Positions 12,046-23,836 of a stretch of 64,000 nucleotides of DNA are shown piece by piece. Position 1 is the first letter of the stretch. Each line of letters begins with the position of its first letter. Source of the DNA: Lingula anatina (Eukaryota; Animalia; Brachiopoda); assembly GCA_051362555.1 (NCBI GenBank), contig JBPQGU010000016.1, forward strand, positions 3,038,001-3,102,000, written 5' to 3'. The position numbers and the translations under genes are program-made. The notes under the pieces were generated by a model, which worked only from the letters and a program-made list of their open reading frames with translations, was not told the origin of the DNA and made no database searches.

Positions 12046-12714
12046 ATGAAAAATAAAAAATATTTTCAAAAAATTTATAAAAAAAAGTTAAAAGAAAATT
12101 ATTTAAATAATTACAAAAAGTTACAAATTAAAATAAAAGAAAATGATTTTGAAACAATAGAAAAAATAAAAAAACATATCAATAAATTTGATTTTAATTT
12201 TTTTGATTTTATTGATAAATTAAAAAAATATCCAGTTTTTTCTTCTTTTTTTATAAAAGATCCTAAAAAACAAAATATTTATGAAAATATTTGTTATGAT
12301 TTGATTTTAAATAATAAAAGTGAATTTTTAAATTTTAAAAAATTACCAGCAAGTGGTAAGAACAGTATTTCTTTAAATGATGGAAAAATAGAAATAGGAT
12401 TATCTTCTAGAGAAAGAAAAACTAAAACAATTGATTTTTTTTGAAAAATTAAAGACAATAAAAATCAAATTATAAATTGTTATGCCTATCATAAATATAT
12501 TTTAGAAAATGGCGGTGCACAAGATAATCAATATAAAGATATTAAAAATTCTATAGAAAATGCACTAAATAATAAAAGATTAGATAATAATTATTTTTTC
12601 TTTATATGTGATGGCGATTTTTTTACATATAAAAAAATTAAAGAATTAAAAAGTTTAATTAATAAAAAAAATAAAAACATTTTCATATTATCAATTGATG
12701 AATTAATTAATTGA

Positions 12715-12774
<60 letters not shown>
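12046..12774 (+). CDS. putative type II restriction endonuclease with poly-Asn tail
   Basis: Directly follows the MTase. KTIDFFW...HKY..NGGAQDNQ..D...ICDG. Ends in N18-K-stop. Confidence 0.7.
12715..12768 (+). repeat. (AAT)18 microsatellite
   Basis: Perfect trinucleotide run, in frame as Asn codons. Confidence 0.95.
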
Positions 12775-12825
12775 TATTTTTAAAATTTATTTATATTAAT
12801 GAATTTAATTGTAAAATAAAATATA

Positions 12826-13990
12826 ATGAAACATCGAACTGCATTATTTTCAGTAGAAATGCTTTTAAAAGAGATTAAAAAAATTTATTAATAATTAATA
12901 AAAGTTATAAAAGGGATTATGTTTGAAGTGGTATTTTAATTAAGTCTGAATTAATTAGAAGTTTATTACAAAGTTATCCAAATGGAATAATAATTTTGTG
13001 AGAAAAGGTGGATGAAAAAAAATAAATGAAATTTTGGAAATAGTAGATGGTCAACAAAGATTATTAACTATATTTAATTTTTTAAATAATAAATTTAGTT
13101 TAAATAAAGAAATTACTGATAAAGTTATTTCAGATGATAAAAAAAAGTTAGAAAATTCTTCATTAGAAAATAATGAACTTAGTAAAAAAATTTTAGAAAA
13201 CAAGATTAATAGAATACGATTTAAAGATTTGCCAAGTTTTATGCAAAGAAAGATATATAACTATCATGTTAATGTAGTGATTTTAACTCAAACCAATGAA
13301 AGAGAAATTCAAGATTATTTTTCAGTAGTTCAAAATCAAGAAAAATTAAAATTAGGTGAATTAATTAATGCTTTACCAGATAATTGTGTAAAGAAAAAAT
13401 TTAAAAATGAAATTATTGATAAAATTTCTAAAATATTAAATTTTAATGATAAAAGCAAAGACATTTTAAAACAATTAAATGTACTTCTTGGTTTATATAA
13501 TTTTTTTTAGAATTGGTGTTGAAGATAAAGAAATTGTAAGAAAAGCAACAAATTTTAAAGATTAAGATATTGATGATAGTTTAAATAAAATTTTTGAAAA
13601 AATAATTTTTGAATTTAGTGAAGAAAATTTAAAAAATATTGAAGAAAATAAAAAAATATTTAAAAAACAATTTAGAGTTTTTGATATTAAGTTATTATTT
13701 TTAAGTTATTTATTTAATGATAAAAAATTTGAAATTCTTGATATTTATAAAAAAAGAGAATTAATAAAAAAAATAACTGAAATGTGTGGTTTTTTAACTC
13801 AAACAAAACTGATAAAAGATATGAAATAGATAATGAAATTTTTAAAGATATTGAAGAAATTTGAAATTTATCTAAAACAACACATTCTAAAGAAAATATA
13901 AAACGAGTTTTTTATAATCATTTTTATAAAGTGGTAGATTATTTAATTAATAAAGATTTAAAAAATTTTATATAAGAATATTAAATTATA
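12826..13990 (+). pseudogene. DUF262 (GmrS/ParB-like) domain protein, disrupted
   Basis: YKRDYVW, LIRSLLQSYPNG and EIVDGQQRLLTI motifs are split across frames, with TAA/TAG stops. End coordinate is approximate. Confidence 0.8.
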
Positions 13991-14297
13991 AAAATATTTC
14001 TGTTAATGATATAAATTAAATTACTAAATTTTAAACTTTAATATTTTATCAAAATAAAAAAATATTAAGTTTTTAAGCATACTTTAAAAAAATAAGAAAA
14101 TCAAAAATTGGATAATTTTATTTTTGATTAAATCAATATAAACTTCATATTATAAAATTTATTAAAAAGAAAGTATTATAATTCAATAATTGTATTAATT
14201 TAAATTATAAATATATTTTTATATAATATTTGTTGATATTAAATATTTAATTTTTTAACAAATAAAAATATTTTATGTATAAAATATTATTTTTATT

Positions 14298-15626
14298 ATG
14301 AATTTTAAAATTTATATAAACAAAATAAAAAAATTAAATAAAAAAAATAAAATAATTTTTTATTTTATATTAATTTCTTGTTTGATTTTATTATGTTTAG
14401 GTATATTTTTGAGTGTTTATTTTTTAAAAATTAAAGAAGATTTAAAAAATAAAGAATTGGTAACTCAAAAAAACAAAAAATCAATAACAAACAAACTTCC
14501 AAGTAATTCAAGAACCACAACAGAATCTGATAGTTCAAGTTCAAAAAAAGAAAAGTCTGGAAAACTTGATGGTAGAATTTCAGAAATTGATGAAGATGAA
14601 TGTAATACTGAAACACTTGAAGAATTTGAAAATAAATTAGAAATTAATATACCAGATTGATTTGATAGTAGACCACAATTTTTGGGTGATACATCATTTT
14701 TATCAACATCTGAAATAGGTATAAGATTTCAAGCATGAATAAATAAAAATATTAAACATAGAGAATTTTTCAATTCAAAAGTATTTGAAGAAACAGATGA
14801 ATATATTGATTATATTTATAAAAATGTATGAGTAAGAAAATGAAAAAGAACAAATCAAGCTAGATTTTGAACAGATAATTCATACAATAATCCATGATCT
14901 ACAAAATATATGATTACACCTAAATTGAGATTTAAACATGGTTATGAACAACCAGATTTTTATGTTCCTAGATTTTTTTATAGTGAAAGTTCTCAAGATG
15001 ATACACATTTAACTATTTTGTTAAATAATTGATTAAATTTACATGGTAATAGAGCTAAAGAATTTATTAAATCTAAAAAATTAACAGAAACAGATGAATA
15101 TATTGATTATGTTTATAAAAGAATAAAAATAAGACATTATAAATTAGGAAAAGAAATTGGTGATTGAATTTGATATAGAGATAGTTGAAGTAATGAAATA
15201 CCAAGTAATTTATGATCTAAACATGGTTATGATGTAAATGGTAGAGTAATTGAAAATAATAATAGAAATGAAAATATAGATAATTTAAAAACATTACCAT
15301 TATGAGATTGTATTAATATTGAAGTAAATCCAATAGAAATTGAAATACCAAATTGATTTGATGATGATACATTAAATGAAAATGATGTAAAACAAAGATT
15401 TTTTGCATGAATAGATGAAAATGAAGAAAATAAAGAATTTATAAAATCAAAAGTATTTAAAGAAACAAATAATTATATAGATTATATTTATAAAAGAATA
15501 TGAATAAGACATTATAAATTAGGTAAAGAACCTAATAATGAATTATTTTGATATGGTAACTGATCTAATTATTTAAAAACAAAAAAACAAAGAGAATTAG
15601 CAGGATATATTGAAAATGATCAATAA
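14298..15626 (+). CDS. membrane-anchored surface protein with three copies of a Trp-rich module
   Basis: N-terminal TM segment and Ser/Thr linker, then 3x P.(W/F)F...W...EF..SK...ET..YIDY.YK...R...W...GY. Confidence 0.8.
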
Positions 15627-15699
15627 TATAAAAATTTAAAAATCAATTTATTTAATTATTTCTATAATTATAAGTTTTATTGTTTATGTATTTAGTTTA

Positions 15700-16270
15700 A
15701 CTAAATAATGATTAAAAAAAATAAATCAAAAAAGTAAATAAAAATCAAATTTTATAATTTAATAAAAATAAAAATCAAAGAATATAAAACTTGATTACAA
15801 AAAAAATAATGATGATACTAAAAATAAAATATATTAAGATGAAATTAATTATTTAAAAGTTACAATTTTAAATTTAAAAAGTTTAATAGAAGAATTTATA
15901 ATTTTAAAATTTACTTTAAAAGAAACAAAAAAAGAATTAAATGAAGTAATTTAAAATTTAAAAACACATAATTAAAATTTAGAAAAAAAACAAGAAAGAA
16001 ATGAAGTAAAAAAAATTTAATTAAATTACAAGTATTTTTAAAAAATAAAAATAATGAAATAGATAAAGTTAAACAAAAATTATAAACTAGAATATAAGAA
16101 ATAAAAAAATACAAATTATAAAAAGAAGCAATAAGTAGACAATATATAATTTTAAGTAAAAAAGTAAAAGAAATAGCTAAAAAAGCTAAAGTTGAACTTG
16201 ATAAAGAAATTCAAAAATTAGATAAAGAAATAGAAACAAAAGACAAAGAAACACAATCTAAAGAATAAAA
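15700..16270 (+). pseudogene. degraded Lys/Glu-rich coiled-coil protein gene
   Basis: Coding-like tail (KEIAKKAKVELDKEIQKLDKEIETKDKETQSKE*) preceded by multiple stops. Confidence 0.4.
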
Positions 16271-16295
16271 AATCAAATATATTCTATTTTTTTTA

Positions 16296-16323
16296 AAAAC
16301 CCATAATTATTATGGTTTTTTTA
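16296..16323 (+). terminator. intrinsic terminator
   Basis: aaaacccataat/attatggtttt hairpin followed by a T-run. Confidence 0.6.
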
Positions 16324-16374
16324 TTAAATTTTTATTTATTCTATAATTAAAATATTCTATAATTAAAATATATT

Positions 16375-17300
16375 ATGAAACTTGATGTAAGATATACATC
16401 AAAAAAAAATACAAAAAAGATGTGCTAATTGTAATAGAAAAATTAAAACACAAAAATATAATGAAAAATATTATTTTTATGATTGTTCTTGTTTAAATAA
16501 TAAAAAAATTTTACAAGAAAAAAATGTGAATTTTGTTTAACTCCATTTAAAACAAAAAAAACAAATAAAAAATATTTTTTTATATATTTTAGAAAAAAAG
16601 TAAATAAAGTAGTATATTTAAGAAAATTTAAAAATTGTATTAATTATAAAAAACAATTTAAAACAAAAAAAAGAAACAAAATAAAATGTAATATAAATTG
16701 TAAAAAAAAGTTATTGTTAAAATATATATAAATAATTTTAATTATATTAGTAAAATAAATGATTTTGTAAAAGTTAAATCTCATTATAAATTACAAATAA
16801 AAAAACAAATTAAAGAAAAACAAAAAAATTTAAAAACATAACTATTTTTAAATAATTTTATTTTTGAGTTCATTTTTAATTAATTTTAAATAATTTAAAA
16901 TTTAAAGATATTAAAATAGAAATTGTAGATTTTTTAGATGATATTGAAAGTTTAAAATTAAATTATTTAAATTGATTTAAAAATAAATTTAATATTGAAT
17001 TTAATGATATAAACACATTCGATAATATATTAAAAATGAATTTAAAATTTTTATATACTGTACAATATAATTCTTTTTTAAATGGTTTTAATATACCAAA
17101 AATTTTAAAAAATAAAAATGAATTTAAATTAGAAAATAAAAATTTAATAAATTATTATAATTCTTTTTATTTAGAAATAAACAAAACAATTTTAGATAAT
17201 ATCAATAATAATAATTTTAAAAGTTGATGAATTTTATTTTATTTTAAAAATGAAATTGATAAAAAAATTTATGAAAATATTTATTTAAAAAAAAATAAAA
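16375..17300 (+). pseudogene. degraded gene with Cys-pair (zinc-finger-like) N-terminus
   Basis: RCANCNRK...YDCSC...CEFC fragments in shifting frames. Downstream coding-like piece at 17036..17227. Confidence 0.35.
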
Positions 17301-17327
17301 AAAATAAAAAAAACATATAATATAAAA

Positions 17328-17846
17328 ATGAAAAAAAATATAGTTATTAAAAAACAAGATAATATATTTTTTAAAGTAATTTCATTAATTTTATTTTTTT
17401 CTATTATTGGTATAAGTATTGGTTTTGGTATTTTTGCAAATAAAGTAAGTCATAAAGAATTTGATGAATTAGAAAAAAGATTAGATAAAAATATTATTGA
17501 TAATAAAAGATTAAAAAATGATAATGAAAGATTAAAAAATGATAATAATAAAAATGTAGAAAATTATAAAATTTTAAATGGAACATTAACAAAAAAAGAA
17601 GCTATTAATTGAATAAAGAACAAAGAAAATTTAAACTTAATTTTAAGTTTAAAATATATTGATTTGGTAAATTCAAATGATAATAAAAAAGTTGCTGAAA
17701 TATATAGATTTGGTTCTTTAGATTTATATAAATACATTAATGAAGATAAAATTGATTTTGAATTTGGTTATTTAAAAATAAATACACAAAAACATATAAA
17801 AACATTTAAATATGCAGAATTAGGTTTAATTTTTAATAATAAATAA
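17328..17846 (+). CDS. membrane-anchored coiled-coil hypothetical protein (172 aa)
   Basis: Two ORF pieces joined through TGA at 17610-17612. N-terminal TM segment and RLKNDN repeats. Confidence 0.75.
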
Positions 17847-17864
17847 AATATAATAATTTATTTT

Positions 17865-18125
17865 TATAATTTTTTAATCTCTTTTTTTAAAGTTACAGAA
17901 AATTTAAATTTTAATTTATTTTTTATTGGTATTTTAATTTTTTCTTTTGTTTTAACAATTTTAAAAATACTTAAAACAATAACTTTTATTTGTTTTTTTG
18001 TTTAATTAAATCTATTAAAGTTTCTGTATAAATTTTAAAAATATTATTTTTAAGTTTATTTTTAATCTCAAATTTATTTTGTATTGTTTTTATAATTTTT
18101 TTTAAAAAATATGTTTTTATTTTTT
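17865..18125 (-). pseudogene. possible HU/IHF-like DNA-binding protein remnant
   Basis: Minus strand reads KVIVLSIFKIVKTKEKIKIPIKNKLKFKFSVTLKKEIK, resembling the HU C-terminal arm. The RNP motif is missing. Confidence 0.35.
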
Positions 18126-18750
18126 ATTTTTTTATTTATTCTTTTTTAAAATTTAACTTATTAATTAAATTATATATAATACTTTGATGCTTTAAAGTTT
18201 TTAAATTTAGTAATTTTTGTATCTAATTTAATTAATTTTTTATATTTTCAATTTTTTAAATATTTTTTTATAATTTTCAAAATTATATTTTTTAAAAATT
18301 AAATCTTTAGTTTATTTTAGTTTTAATTTTTTTATTATTCATTTTATTTTTTATAATAATCTGAAACTTTTTTGTAAAAATTTAATTTTGTATTTTTTGT
18401 AATTATTTCAATATCTTTATGAAAATAGAAAAAAACAAGAAATTATAAATAATAAATAACAAAATATTAATAATATGAGTGAAAAAATGAGAGAATGATT
18501 TTTTATATAAATAATTAAAAAAATTAACTTTTAATAATTAGAAGTTATATTATTTGTGAATATATTATAAAAAAATAAAAATATTTTTTTAAATTAATTA
18601 AAAAGATATTAATAATTTATTTTATTTATTAAATTATTGTTTAAAAAAAAAGATAAAAAAATGTGATATTATTTTATTAGTAATAAAAGTATTAAAAATA
18701 AAAACTATATTTATAAAAATAAAAATTTTTATTAAATTTATTAAATAAAA

Positions 18751-19296
18751 ATGAAAGTTGAATTAATTTGTAAATATTTTATTAATAAAGATAAAAGAAT
18801 AAAAAGATCAAAAGAACCATTTTATTCAGAAATTTTTCAATTATTAAATGAACAAAAAAATAAAAATTTAATAAAATTTATTCCAAAAACAGGTAATATT
18901 ATTTTAAATAAATATTTACATATTTTACAAATGGTTTCAATTGCATTTAGAGGAAAAAAATTTTTTGAAGATGATTTAATTTGTTTTCAAAATGGTGGTG
19001 TTGTTTTAAAAGTTTGAAAAAATTTTGATTCTTTAATTAAACAAGATGATATTAATGAGGAAGAACTTTCTGAATTAAAAGAAAATAAAGAAGAATTTGA
19101 ATTTTTACAAAAATTTATTAATATTTTTAAAAAGTTTTCAATAATAAAACTTATTGAAATGTCTCATTTAGATAAATCATGAATTGATCAAATTGAAAAA
19201 AGAAATAAATTATATACTGGAAATAAAATGGATATGCTATTTTATACAGAAGAATATCAATATTTATGATCAATATTTAAAGATAAGTTTAAATAA
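18751..19296 (+). CDS. Panacea/DUF4065 antitoxin (181 aa)
   Basis: ILNKYLHILQ...GKKFFEDDLICFQNGGVVLKVW and LIEMSHLDKSW. Frame is intact. Confidence 0.75.
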
Positions 19297-19306
19297 TTTT
19301 TATAAA

Positions 19307-19912
19307 ATGAAATGTCGAGTTAAAGTTGGAGATTTATTAAAATTTTATTTTCCATATAATGATTCAAAATTTGAAGAAAAAAAAGAACATTGATCTTTAG
19401 TGTTATTTGAATATGAAAAATATTTATATATTTCACCATTTAATTCAAAAAAAATAGAAAAAAAAGAAATTAAAAAAATATTTAATATTTTAGAAAAAAC
19501 AAAAGATAATTTTAGTATTTTTAATTTTTGTTGGCATAATGAATCAATGAAGATTGAAATAAATAAAAAATATGAATATCCATTAATTTTTCCATATAGT
19601 GATTCTGAATTAAAATTTTTTAATATGAGAAGAATAGAAAAGCATCAATTTTTAGAAAATTTAATTTATAAAAAAAATTTTTTAAATAATAAAGATTTAG
19701 AAAAAATAAATTTAGAAAAAATAATCAAAAATTATTTTTTACAAAATAATAAAAAAACTATATTAATAAATTTAAAATATTTAATTAAAACAAATATTAA
19801 AATTTTATTAAATTCAAATAAATGTTTTTGTAATAAAAATAATAAAAAAAATTGTATAAATTGTAGAAAAATTTGTTGTTGAAAAAATGAAAAAAACAAA
19901 AATAAATATTAA
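19307..19912 (+). CDS. putative PemK/MazF-like toxin with Cys-rich C-terminus
   Basis: KVGDLLKFYFPYND...KEHWSLVL...ISPFNS resembles PemK GD....FP..D..K.RP.lV...piTS. Ends CFC...CINCRKICCW. Confidence 0.55.
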
Positions 19913-19945
19913 TTTTTAATTAATTAAATATTAATTTATTTAATT

Positions 19946-20380
19946 TTATTTTGTTTTCTTTTCAATTAATTTTTGTAAATTATCTAATTTATCATATAAA
20001 ATTCAATATTTACTAATATTACTTTCATTTTCTTTTTTATGTTTATCACACATTTCAATTTTTATTTCTCTTTCATATTGAACAATTATTCTATTATTTC
20101 TTGTATTAATAATTTTATTTCCACTTTTTATTTGTTTTCTTAAATCTGTTTTTTGAAGATATTGAATATATTCTTCTGTTTTGTTTTCACCTTTAATTTT
20201 ACAATTATTACATTTATTTATTATTTTGGATAATTTATTTCCTATAAAACTTATTTTTTTAATACATTTTTCTTTTTCATTTATAAGTTCTAATTCTTTA
20301 GATTTATATGAAAGTTTGTGTCTAATTCAAATAAATACATTGGGAATTTTATATAAAATACTTAATATTCATTCAATCAT
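19946..20380 (-). CDS. hypothetical protein (144 aa)
   Basis: Open frame MIEWILSILYKIPNVFIWIRHK... with TGA=Trp, from ATG 20380 to TAA 19946. Confidence 0.6.
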
Positions 20381-20573
20381 TTTTTTACATTTATACTCTA
20401 TTTTTATAACTTTCTAAAATTTATTATTTTGATATTTAATATTTTATAAATAAATTTAAATTAAATATATCAATATATTTTGTTTAAAGTAAAATTTTAT
20501 AAATAATTTTTTATAAATTATTATTTTTTTATTAATTATAACAATACTATTTTATTATTTTTTAAAAAAGTAC

Positions 20574-20603
20574 TTGAAAAAAAAAAAAAAAAAAGATTTT
20601 AAT
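20574..20603 (+). promoter_or_regulatory. putative promoter with an A18 tract overlapping the -35/-10 spacer
   Basis: TTGAAA (20574-20579), 18-bp spacer, TTTAAT (20598-20603), about 20 bp before the MTase ATG. Confidence 0.5.
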
Positions 20604-20622
20604 AAATTTATTAATTATTAAA

Positions 20623-21243
20623 ATGTATAGAATTGATAGAAATAATTTTCATAAAAATATAAAAGAATCAACAGTTTATACTCCAGAAAAAGTTAGTGAT
20701 TTTTTATTTAATATTTTAAATAAAAGTATTGATAAAAAATATATTATTGCAGATTTTTGTGTTGGTAAGGGAAGTTTATTAAAACCATGATTTAAAAATG
20801 GTTTTAAAGTTTTTGGTTCAGATATTGAAGATCAAGGTTTTAAAAATGTATTTGTAAAAAATTTTTTAGAATTAAAAAAGGATGAAATTCCAAATAATAT
20901 AGGTTTAGTAATTATGAACCCACCATTTAATATAGATAATAAAACAAAAATTTATATTAAAAATAATTATTCAGGAAGACCATTGTTACCTGAAATTTGA
21001 TTACAAAAAACAATTGAATTATTAGGTAATGAAATACCAATTGTTTTGTTTACTCCATATGGTTTTAGGTTAAATCAAACTTTAAAATCTAAAAGATATA
21101 AAAAATTTTTAAATAAGAAATATCCAGAAATAAAATCAATTATTTCATTACCTAAAGATATATTTTTAAATGTAAAGTTTCATAGTGAAATTTTAATTTT
21201 TAATTTAAAAAATTTAAAAGGACATTATTTTTATTATGAGTAG
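20623..21243 (+). CDS. compact N6-adenine DNA methyltransferase (206 aa)
   Basis: VYTP, DFCVGKGSL and IMNPPF. Confidence 0.88.
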
Positions 21244-21964
21244 TAGTAATCAATTAAGAAATAACAAAAATCAACATAAAGTAAAAAATTTAGAATCTAA
21301 ATTAGATGATAATTGTATTAAAAAAGCTATGCAAGATGTTTTAATTTATTTAAAAGACAAATTTAATAAAGAATTAAAAAAATTAAATTTATTTTTAGAA
21401 TTAAGAAATAAATTAAAAAATGAAGAAATAATTTATTTGATTAAAAGAAACAATATAAGAAGTGAATTTATTAATTTAGGAGATTCAAAGACACATTTAA
21501 AACCAGGTGGTGGTATTATTTTTTTACTTAAAAAAGATGATTGTAAATTTAAAAAAATAATATTAATTTCTGAAACAAAAAAACAAGGAACAAATGATAA
21601 AAGAATAAAAGAAGGTAAGAAAAAACAATCAACTGGTAATGCAATTGAAAGATATGGAAAAAATTTGATTGGTTTTAAATCACTTTTTAATCATGAAAGA
21701 ATTACACCCATTGTATGTTTTTGTTGAGGATGTGATATTAAAGATGAAAATAATGAATATAAATATGCTGCAGTAAAATTAAATGTATTAAATGAATTTT
21801 ATTCATTAGATAGAATATTTGTTTTTAAAAGAGATGGTTCATCAGATAAAAATTCATTTTCTCCAACTACATTTATTACAAAAAATAAAAAATTTACAAA
21901 AGAAGAATATTTTAATATATTAAAAGAAGTTGCAGAAACAAGTTTAAGATATTATATTTTTTAG
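21236..21964 (+). CDS. EcoRI-family type II restriction endonuclease, catalytic PD motif altered
   Basis: SNQLR, KPGGG (EcoRI has KPDGG), ISETKKQG and GNAIERYGKN. Reads to TAG at 21962-21964. Confidence 0.85.
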
Positions 21965-21970
21965 TGTTTT

Positions 21971-22921
21971 TTATTTATTTATATAATGTGCTAATATTTC
22001 ATTATTATTTACATTTCAAGTTATTCATATTTTTTTATAGTAAAAATTACAAAAGTTATTTTTACATTTAAGTTTTTTATCTAAAAAAAATTGTCAATTT
22101 TTTTTATTATCTTTATGAGCAAATAGTCAATTTAATATAATTGTTTGTTGTTGTTTTTCTGTTAAATATTTTAAAGTATTATCACTAAATCAATTTGGTA
22201 AATTAATTGTAGATGTTTTATTATTTATTGTATATGTTTCAATTTTAGTATTAGTGTTTTGAATTATTTTTTTTATTTCTTCTATTTCTTTTGTTGTTAG
22301 ATCATTTCTTAATTTTTGTAAAATTAATAATTTTCTATTATTTTCAAATATATTTTTTATTTCTTTTTTTGTTTCTGTTCATTCTTTGTTTGATTGCATA
22401 AGTACATATAATAATTGAAATATTTGTTCTTTTTGTTCATTTGTTAATGTTACTTTGTTTTCTATTATCATTTCTCAATTATTTATTCATTCAATTATTG
22501 AAGGGTTTACATTTTTTAATAATTTTATTTTTATTTTTATTTCTTCTATATTTTCTAAATTTTTATATAATGAAAATATTTGTTCTTTTGTTTTTTTTAT
22601 TAAATTTTGTGGTAATTTTTCTAATTCTTTTGGTTTTTTTGATAATATTTCTTGTATTTTTGATATTGAATTATAATTAGTAGTTATTGGTTGTTTTAAT
22701 TGTTTTATTATTTTTTCTTTTGATATTAAATTTAGTATTAATTCTTCTAATGTTTCTTTTTTTGATTTATTTGTATTTGTGTTTGATTTATTTATATTTT
22801 TTTGTTTGATATTATTTTTATTCTGTAATAAAAATACAAGCATTAAAATTATAGTTATAAAAATCATAGATAAAGTTATAAAAATAATAATTTTTTTTTT
22901 ATTTTTTTTTATTCTATTCAT
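21971..22921 (-). CDS. membrane-anchored protein with helical stalk and C-terminal Trp-rich module (316 aa)
   Basis: Continuous frame through TGA. C-terminus ETYTINNKTSTINLPNWFSDNTLK...NWL...FYYKKIW. Confidence 0.8.
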
Positions 22922-23059
22922 TTGTTAAAATTATAATATTTTTAAATTACATAAATAAAAATATATAGATTAAAAAAATTTTATTATTTTTTATTTATAA
23001 TTGTTTTTTTAAAATAAAAATTAGAAAAAACAAGTATTATTATTAATAATTATAAAAAC

Positions 23060-23600
23060 ATAAAAATATTATGAAATAAAACAAATAATACTGATTTAAC
23101 ATCAAAAAATAATAAAAACTAAATATTTATATTAATTATAGTTTCTATAATTATTTTTTTTATTTTATTGGGTTTTTTAATAAGTAAAGAAACTATATTT
23201 TTAAATATAATTAAAAAAAAGATAAAAAAAATATTTGAAAAAAAAATAAAAAATAAAAAATCAAATACAAATAAAACTATAAGTTCAATTCAAGTACAAG
23301 AAAATGGATAATTCAAAGAACAAGATCAATAACAAGTAGAAAATAAAAAAGTAATAGAATGAATTACTTTATTTTTTAATGATTGAATTTTTAATACAAG
23401 ATATTGAAACAAAAATAAATAATAATCAAGAAATTTTAATTAATTAAAATAATCAAGAAAGTTTTAAATGTTTTTTAAATTATTAAAAGAAAAGCCAGTA
23501 TATATTTTAGATAATTTTAATAAACATATAAAAAATATTATTAATAAATTTTTATGAATTATTATTTTATAAATTTTCTCTTTTATATAATGAAAATATC
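23060..23600 (+). pseudogene. degraded membrane-anchored surface protein gene
   Basis: TM-like stretch (IFILIIVSIIIFFILLGFLI) then a Lys-rich linker and several stops. Confidence 0.4.
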
Positions 23601-23836
23601 ATAAATATAATTTATGTATATAAGTCATATTTATCAATTGTTTATAGTTTTTTAACATTTAATTAAAAATGTTTTTTCTTAAATCTATAATTTGTATTTA
23701 TAAATTAATATTTAAAATATAATGTCAAAAATGATTTAAAATTTTTTAAAATAAACAAAAATAATTTATATTAAAATATATAAATATTATATTTAAATAA
23801 AGAAATAAATATAAAATTATAAAAAAGGGGAATGAA

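Noticed and set aside
5304-21964. Assigning recognition sequences or enzyme names to the three R-M systems
   Set aside because: This cannot be supported without a REBASE comparison or methylome data. Only the EcoRI-family resemblance of 21236..21964 is clear.
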